From Bugula neritina (lineage: Eukaryota; Animalia; Bryozoa): 64,000 nt of DNA. Made by a program: the position numbers and the translations under genes. The notes below the pieces were generated by a model. It was not told the DNA's origin, did not search any database, and saw only the letters and a program-made list of their open reading frames with translations. Below, one piece after another: positions 57,001 through 64,000 of the stretch (positions are counted from its first letter, which is position 1; every line of letters begins with the position of its first letter). Location: positions 10,296,480 to 10,360,479 of the forward strand of contig OZ037771.1 in the NCBI GenBank assembly GCA_964035545.1. The letters are read 5' to 3'.

Positions 57001-60000
57001 TGCCCAGAGGTTCGGAAACACCATCAATAGTGCTGATAGTAGAACTAGTGTGCCTATCAGTGCCCAAATGTACTAAATTGAGCTAAATATGCTAATAGTA
57101 CCAATACGCGCCCAGAAGTTTCGAAACGTGCATAATAGTGCTAATAGGATAACTAGTGTGCTAAACAGTGCGCAAATCTACTAAAAAGTTTCCCAAATGG
57201 TCTAAAACATGCCCAAATGTACTAAATCGACCCAAATATGGTAATAGTACCAATAAATGCCCAAAGGTTCTGAATCAGGCCCCATAGTGCTAAAACTAGA
57301 ACAAGTGTGCTCAACAGTGCCCAAACGTGCTAAAACATGCCAAAAGGTGCTAAATTGAGCCAATTGTGCTAATAGTACCTATTATTGCTCAGAAGTTCTG
57401 AAATGTGCCAAATAGTGCTAATAGTAGAACTAGTGTGCTCAACAGTGCCCAAATGTGCTAAAACATGCCCAAATGTGCTGAAATGAGCCAATTATGCTAA
57501 TAGTATCTATTAGTGCCCAAAAGTTCTGAAATATGCCCAATAGTGCTAAAACTAGAACACGTGTGCCTAACAGTGCCCAAGTCTGCTAAAACATTCCCAA
57601 TTGTGCTAAATTGAGCCCATTGTGCTAATCGTACCTATTAGTGCCGAGAGGTTCTGAAAAATGCCCAATAGTGCTAGTAGTAGGACTAGTGTACTTAACA
57701 GTGCCCAAATCTGCTAAAACATGCCCCATGTACTAAATTGAGCCAAATACACCAATAGCACCAACAAGCGCCCAGAGGTTCTTAAACTTGCCCAATGGGG
57801 CTAATAGTAGGATTAGTGTGCCTAACAGTGCCCAAGTCTGCTAAAACATTCCCAATTGTGCTAAAACATGCCCAAATGTGCTAAATTGAGCCAAACATGC
57901 TAATAGTACCAATAAGTGCCCAGAGGTTCTGAAACGCGATCAATAGTGCTGATAGTAGAACTAGTGTGCTTATCAGTGCCCAAATGTGCTAAATTGAGCC
58001 ATATATGCTAATAGTACCAATAGGCGCCAAGAAGTTTCGAAACATGCCGAATAGTGCTAATAGGAAAACTAGTGTGCTAAACAAAACGCAAATCTGCTAA
58101 AAAGTTTCCCAAATGGTCTAAAACATGCCCAAATATACTAAATCGAGCCAATTATGGTAAGAGTACCAATAAATGCCCAGAGGTTCTGAATCGTGCCCAA
58201 TAGTGCTAAAACTAGAACAAGTGTGCTCAACAGTGCCCAAACGTGCTAAAACATGCCCAAATGTGCTAAAATGAGCCAATTGTGCTAATAGTACCTATTA
58301 ATGCTCAGAAGTTCTGAAATGTGCCAAATAGTGCTAATAGTAGAACTAGTGTGCTCAACAATGCCCAAATGTGCTAAAACATGCCCAAATGTGCTGAAAT
58401 GAGCCAATTATGCTAATAGTATCTATTAGTGCCCAGAAGTTCTGAAACGTGTCCAATAGTGCTAAAACTAGAACAAGTGTGCTAAACAGTGCCCAAACAT
58501 GCTAAATAATGCCCAAATGTGCTAAATTGAGCCAAACATGTTATTAGTACCTATTGGTGTCCAAAAGTTCTGAAACGTGCCCAATAGTGATGAAACTAGA
58601 ACAAATGTCCTCAACAGTGCCCAAATGTCCTAAAACATGTAAAATGTGCTAAATTGAGCCAATTGTGCTAATAGTACTATTAGTGCCCAGAAGTTCTGAA
58701 TCGTGCCCAATAGTGCTAATAGTAGAACTAGTGTGCTCAACAGTGCCCAAATGTGCTAAAAGATTCCCCAATGTGCTAAAACATGCCCAAATGTGCTAAA
58801 TTGAGCCCATTGTGCTAATCAGACCTATTAGTGCCCAGAGGTTCTGTAAAATGCCCAATAGTGCTAGTAGTAGGACTAGTGTGCCTAACAGTGCCCAAAT
58901 CTGCTAAAACATGCCCAATGTACTAAATTGAGCCAAATACACCAATAGCACCAACAAGCGCCCAGAGGTTCTTAAACTTGCCCAATAGGGCTAATAGTAG
59001 GATTAGTGTGCTTAACAGTGCCCAAATGTGCTAAAATATGGCCAAATGTACTAATTTTGACCAAATATGCTAATAGTACCAATAAGTGCCCAGAGGTTCT
59101 GAAACGTGCCCAATAGTGCTAATAGTAGAACTAGTGTGCTTAACAGTGCCCAAATGTCCTAAAACATGTAAAATGTGCTAAATTGAGCCAATTGTGCTAA
59201 TAGTACCTATTAGTCCCCAGAAGTTCTGAATTGTGCCCAATAGTGCTAATCGTAGTACTAGTGTGCTTGACAGCGCCCAAATGTGCTAAGAGATTCCTAA
59301 ATGTGCTAAAACATCCCCAAATGTATCAAATTGAGCCCAATACACCAATAGCACCAACTAACGCCCAGAGGTTCTTAAACTTGCCCAATAGGGCTAATAT
59401 TAAGATTAGTGTGCTTAACAGTGCCCAATTCTGCTAAAATGTTCCCAAATGGGCGAAAACATGCCCAAATGTAATAAATTGAGCCAAATATGCCGATAGT
59501 AAAAATGAGTGCCCAGAGGTTCTCAAACGTGCCCAATAGTGCTGATAGGAGAACTAGTGTGCTTAACAGTGCCCAAATGTGCTTAAACGTGCCCAAGTAT
59601 GCTAAATTGAGCCAAATATACTAATAGCACAAATAAACGCCTAGAAGTTCTGAAATGTGCCCATTAGTGCTGATAGTAGAACTAGTGTGCTTGTTAGTGC
59701 CTAAATCTGCTAAAACATTCCCGAATGGGCTAGAACATGCCCAAATGTACTAAATTGAGCCAAATATGCTAATAGTACAAATAAGCGCCCAGAAGTTCTG
59801 AAACGAGCACAGTAGTGCTAAAACTAGAAGAAGTGTTCTCAACAGTGCTCAAACGTGCCCAAATGTGCTAAAATGAGCCAATTGTGCTAATAGTACCTAT
59901 TAGTGCCCAGAAGTTCTGAAACGTGGCCAATGGTGCTAATAGTAGAACTAGTGTGCTCAACAGTGCCCAAATGTGCTAAAAGATTCCCCAATGTGCTAAA

Positions 60001-62037
60001 ACATGCCCAAATGTGCTAAATTAAGCCAAATACACTAATAGCACCACAAAACGCCCAGAGGTTCTGAAACGTGCCCAATAGTGCTAATAGTAGGACTAGT
60101 GTGCTTAACAGTGCCCGAATTTGCTAAAACATTCCCAAACGAACTAGATTCAGCCAAATATGCTAATAGTGCCTATTAGTGCCCAGATGTTCTGATACGG
60201 GCCCAATAGTGCCAAAACTAGAACAAGTTTTCTCCACAGTGCTAAAACGTGCTGAAACATGCCCAAATGTGCTAAAATGAGCCAATTGTGCTAATAGTAC
60301 CTATTAGTGCCAAGAAGTTCTGAAACATACCCAATAGTGCTAATAGTAGAACTAGTGTGCTCAACAGAGCCCAAATGTGCTAAAACATGCCTAAATGTGC
60401 TAAATCATGCTCAAATGTGCTAAACTTAACCAAATCTGCTAATAGTACCAATAAATGCCCAGAAGTACTGAAACGCACCCAAAAGTGCTAATAGTAGAAC
60501 GCATGTGCTCAATAGTGCCCTAATAAGCTAAAACATGCCAAAATGTGCTAAATTGAGCCAAATATGCTATCAGTACCTATAAGTGCATAAAAGTACTGAA
60601 ACGCACCCAATAGTGCTACAAACAGAACAAATGTGCTTAACAGTGCCCAAATGTGCTAAAACAAGCCAAAATGTGCTAAAGTATGCCAAAATGGGCTAAA
60701 TCGAGCCAAATATGGTAACAGTACCAATAAGTGCCCAGAAGTACTGAAACGCACCCAATACTGCTTATAGTAAAACTTCTGTGCTTGACAGTGCCCAAAT
60801 GTGCTGAAACAAGCTAAAATGTGCTAAAACATGCTCAAAAGTGCTAAATTGAGCCAAATATGCTATCAGTACCTATAAGTGCATAAAAGTACTGAAACGC
60901 ACCCAATAGTGCTACAAACAGAACAAATGTGCTTAACAGTGCCCAAATGTGCTAAAACAAGCTAAAATGTGCTGAAACATGCTGAAATGTGCTAAATTGA
61001 GCCAAATTACTATCAGTACCTATAAGTGCATAAAACTACTGAAACGCACCCAATAGTGCTACAAACAGAACAAATGTGCTTAACAGTGCCCAAATGTGCC
61101 AAAACAAGCCAAAATGTGCTGAAATATGCCAAAATGTGCTAGATCGAGCCAAATATGCAAATAGTACCAATAAGTGCCCAGAAGTACTGAAACGCACCCA
61201 AGAGTGCTTATAGTACAACATCTGTGCTTAACAATGCCCAATTGTCCTAAAACATGCCCAAATGTGCTAATTTGAGCCAATTACGCTAACAGTACAAAAA
61301 AGTGCATAAAAGTACTGAAAAGCACCCAATAGTGCTACAAACAGAAGAAACATGCTTAGCAGTGCCTAAACGCGCTAAAACATGCCAAAATGTGCTAAAT
61401 CAAGCCAAATATGCTAATAGTACCAATAAGTGCCCAGAAGTACTGAAACGCACCCATTAGCGCTAATAGTAGAAGTACTGTGCTATACAGTGCCCAAATG
61501 TGCTGAAACATGCCCAAATGTCCTAAATTGAGCAAACTATGCTAACAGTACCAATAAATGGCCAGAAGTAAGGAAACGTACCCAATAGTGCTACAAACAG
61601 AACAAATGTGCCTAACAGTGCCCAAATGTGCTAAAACATGCGAAAATGTGCTAGAACATGCCCAAATGTGCTAAATCGAGTCAAAGATACTAATAGTACC
61701 AATGGGTTCATAAAAGTACTGAAACGCACCAAATAGTTCTAATAAAAGAACTACGGTGCTCAACAGTGCCCAAATGCGCTAAAACAAGCCAAAATGTGCT
61801 AAAATGTGCCCAAATGTGCTATACTGAGCAAAATATGTTAATAGTACCAATGAGCGCTCAGAAGTACTGAAACTCACCCAATAGTGCTAATAGTAAAACG
61901 CCTGTACTCAACAGTGCCCAAACGCACTGAACCATGCCCAAATGTGCTGAATTGAGCCAAATATGCTAACAGTACCAATAAGTGCCCAGAAGTACTGAAA
62001 AGCACCCAACAGTGCTAATAGTTGAACTACTGTGCTC

Positions 62038-62234
62038 TGTTTTATTCTTTAGATGTCTATTTATCTAGCAATTATTAGTGGATTAGTTTTAATCTTCAGT
62101 TTATTTTAATCAAGCACTGCAGTTTGTCAAACAGGAAGTGACTATCTTTTTCAAAAACAGAATAATAATTGATCAGCTAAAACATCAAGAAAAGGTAACT
62201 CCAAGTTTACATAAACTGTGTAAATATTACAACA
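62038..62234 (-). repeat. 3' LTR, 197 bp (5'-TGTTGTAAT...AATAAAACA-3')
   Basis: Starts immediately after the PPT with TGTTG and ends in AACA exactly where satellite sequence begins. Imperfect terminal inverted repeat TGTTGTAAT / TGTTTTATT (7 of 9). The partner 5' LTR is outside the window. Confidence 0.88.
62100..62105 (-). promoter_or_regulatory. Candidate polyadenylation signal AATAAA in the LTR
   Basis: Plus-strand TTTATT about 62 bp from the LTR 3' end, a plausible R/U5 position. The AT-rich context makes a chance match possible. Confidence 0.5.
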
Positions 62235-62244
62235 TCCCCTCTTT
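62235..62244 (-). other. Polypurine tract (AAAGAGGGGA), plus-strand primer site
   Basis: Plus-strand TCCCCTCTTT directly abuts the LTR terminus, about 100 bp downstream of the pol stop. Confidence 0.88.
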
Positions 62245-62344
62245 AGTTTCAGGCTACAATAACCAAAAAAAAACACACAAAAGAAAAGGTTTGACAACAG
62301 TAATTAAATCAAGTGCAACTTATATTACAGGCGTGGATAATAAA

Positions 62345-64000
62345 TTATGTACAATCAAAATCTGTTAAGTAGCGTGGCACTTTTCTGGTTCGCTCAGAAC
62401 ATCGTGTTGGGATATTAGTTATATCAGCTCTGTTACGTATTAAAGGTCCAGTGTCAGTCATGACATTTGTTCGACGAGTAATATTGTCTGAAGAAGAGGC
62501 AGCATAGCCTTCTCTTTGCATATCTCTCACCATCACATTGTCTCCTTTATTTACTGGCAAAAGAGGGCGCACTTTAGGATTTTTGTCATGATTTTCTTTC
62601 ATTTTCTCTTTATACTGATCATTGCTCCTTTTGAATAAGTCGTGGTCAGGGAGTTCAGGTTTAAGCTTATCCGGATAGATGGGTACAGTGGATTTCAATT
62701 TTCTACCCATTAACAATTCTGCTGGAGAGTATGAGCTAAACTGCGGTGAGGATCTATAGGCTAACAAAACCAAATAAGGATCTTTCTCTTTTGCAAGCAT
62801 GCTTTTGATGGTCCTTACTCCTCGCTCAGCTGCTCCATTTGCTCTGTGATAATGTGGACTGCTAGTCACATGGGTAAATCCATACTCGACAGAAAAGTGT
62901 TTAAATTCTGCACTTGCATATTGCGGGCCGTTATCTGACAATAGTATTTCAGGTATGCCATGTCGTGAAAAAATAGATTTTAGGTGTGTTATTACTTTAC
63001 TTGAAGAAAAGTCAGAGTTTCCCAGCAAGGCAAGTTCAGGATACCTTGAATAATTATCAATAACCAGAAGATATACTTGGCCTTTATAAGTCAACAAATC
63101 AGTGCTAAGGTGTTGCCAAGGTCTATCTGGAGTTGCAGAAGGACGTAATGGCTCTGTAATTTTAGCTGCATGGATTTTGCATTCAGCACAATTGCTGATC
63201 ATAGCCTCAATAGCCTTTGACATAGAAGGCCACCACACGCTATCTCTAGCCCGTGCTTGACATTTTGTAATGCCCAAGTGTCCTCTGTGTAAATCTTGCA
63301 ACACCTGTTCTCTTTGAGCTAACGGTATTACCAAACGATTGCCAAGTGTCAAGAATCCTTTGTTTATTGTTAAAAGAGATCTTCTTTCAAAATAGGGCTT
63401 CAGAAGGACATCTTCAGTGGACAAATACCCTGGCCATCCATTTTCTACTAATTTGATTACTTTTGACAGTATTTCATCTTCATGCTGTTCTAAACGAAGC
63501 TGCTCCAACCTGCTATCAGATCCATGTTGGTAGATGTTATCAATATAAAGTTCAATTTCCATTTCTCTTGCTGCATCAATCTCGTTCGCTTCAGCAGTAT
63601 TATACCTGGAGAGAGCATCAGCTGCAACATTCTTAGACCCCCTCACATGTCTGATGGTATACTGAAATCTTTGAAGTCTAAGTTTAAACCCTTGAATTCT
63701 TGGTGGAAGCCTGTCTAGAAAGATATTCCCAAACAAAGTAACTAGTGGACGGTGATCAGTTTCAATAACCACATTCTTCATACCTAGTATATATGGAGAA
63801 AACTTTTCCATAGCCCAACAGACTGCTAAACTTTCTTTTTCTATGGCTGCATAACGCTTTTCGGTCTCTGTTAAAGAACGACTTGCAGCAGATATCAAGC
63901 GCCGAGAGCCATCCTGTTGAATTTGACAGAGTGTTGCTCCTAGACCTGCATTGCTAGCATCTGTTGTGATTATGGTGTCTTTGTCTACATCATAGACTGC
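62345..64000 (-). CDS. pol: Pol polyprotein, 5'-partial (551 aa visible): RNase H plus integrase
   Basis: The frame is open from base 64000 (AVYDVDKDTIITTDASNAGLGATLCQIQQDGSRRLISAASRSLTETEKRYAAIEKE...). RNase H motifs: TDAS, EKE, TDHRPL, ADALSR. Zinc-binding LHRGHLG...WWPSM...CAEC. Catalytic STDL, SDNGPQY and ANGAAER with 35 residues between the second D and the E. Stop TAA at 62347-62345. Confidence 0.96.
   Translation of the reverse strand, partial: AVYDVDKDTIITTDASNAGLGATLCQIQQDGSRRLISAASRSLTETEKRYAAIEKESLAVCWAMEKFSPYILGMKNVVIETDHRPLVTLFGNIFLDRLPPRIQGFKLRLQRFQYTIRHVRGSKNVAADALSRYNTAEANEIDAAREMEIELYIDNIYQHGSDSRLEQLRLEQHEDEILSKVIKLVENGWPGYLSTEDVLLKPYFERRSLLTINKGFLTLGNRLVIPLAQREQVLQDLHRGHLGITKCQARARDSVWWPSMSKAIEAMISNCAECKIHAAKITEPLRPSATPDRPWQHLSTDLLTYKGQVYLLVIDNYSRYPELALLGNSDFSSSKVITHLKSIFSRHGIPEILLSDNGPQYASAEFKHFSVEYGFTHVTSSPHYHRANGAAERGVRTIKSMLAKEKDPYLVLLAYRSSPQFSSYSPAELLMGRKLKSTVPIYPDKLKPELPDHDLFKRSNDQYKEKMKENHDKNPKVRPLLPVNKGDNVMVRDMQREGYAASSSDNITRRTNVMTDTGPLIRNRADITNIPTRCSERTRKVPRYLTDFDCT

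Larger units (their letters stand above)
39706..62037. repeat. Satellite array (SatB); basic monomer 128 bp with 108-, 126/127- and 148/149-bp variants, roughly 165-170 monomers
   Basis: Approximate consensus AACAGTGCCCAAATGTGCTAA-AACATGCCCAAATGTGCTAA-ATTGAGCCAATTGTGCTAA-TAGTACCTATTAGTGCCCAGA-AGTTCTGAAACGTGCCCAA-TAGTGCTAAAACTAGAACAAGTGTGCTA. GAGCC landmark spacing measured as 148, 149, 128, 128, 128 and so on from 40413. Confidence 0.97.
62038..64000 (-). mobile_element. Ty3/Gypsy (Metaviridae) LTR retrotransposon, 3' portion, Mag-like / K02A2.6-like; continues past the right edge
   Basis: Domain order RNase H then integrase, followed by ~100 bp of 3' UTR, a polypurine tract and a TG...CA LTR. 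No env, and no recognisable chromodomain or GPY/F motif. The clade assignment is by motif resemblance only. Confidence 0.95.

Noticed and set aside
40534-61280. Short ORFs in SatB (60-95 aa)
   Set aside because: Chance open frames in satellite monomers; their duplication simply reflects the HORs.
62138-62368. 76-aa plus-strand ORF
   Set aside because: Antisense across the LTR, PPT and 3' UTR, GTG start, no recognisable motif.
62245-62700. Chromodomain or env gene explaining satellite targeting
   Set aside because: No chromodomain-like motif was recognised in the integrase tail, and only ~100 bp separate the stop codon from the PPT.
63524-63718. 64-aa plus-strand ORF
   Set aside because: Antisense shadow of pol.
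63896-63898. Start codon of the 517-aa ORF
   Set aside because: It is an internal TTG (Leu). The frame stays open to base 64000 and includes the RNase H TDAS motif upstream.

Overview
Eukaryotic (probably animal) heterochromatin-like DNA with no recognisable host genes, in three blocks. (1) 1-~39,713: a complex satellite ('SatA') built from ~10-bp words (ACTGCAACAT / ACTGAAATAC / ACTGTAACAT). These are assembled into a small set of diagnostic cassettes reused in changing order, with nested recent duplications from 270 bp to ~4.5 kb. (2) ~39,706-62,037: a second satellite ('SatB') with 108/128/148-149-bp monomers made of ~10/20-bp subrepeats. It contains a 16-monomer (2,126 bp) and a 20-monomer (2,684 bp) higher-order repeat and a diverged distal layer. 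SatA and SatB are fused directly through an 8-bp shared word. (3) 62,038-64,000: the 3' part of an apparently intact Ty3/Gypsy LTR retrotransposon on the minus strand, with RNase H, HHCC/DD35E integrase, polypurine tract and a 197-bp LTR, abutting a truncated SatB monomer. The hundreds of Cys/Tyr/Val-rich ORFs in the ORF track are by-products of the satellite. I found no evidence of a novel protein-coding system. What is unusual is the satellite architecture. All coordinates, offsets and counts were obtained by eye and may be off by a few bases.
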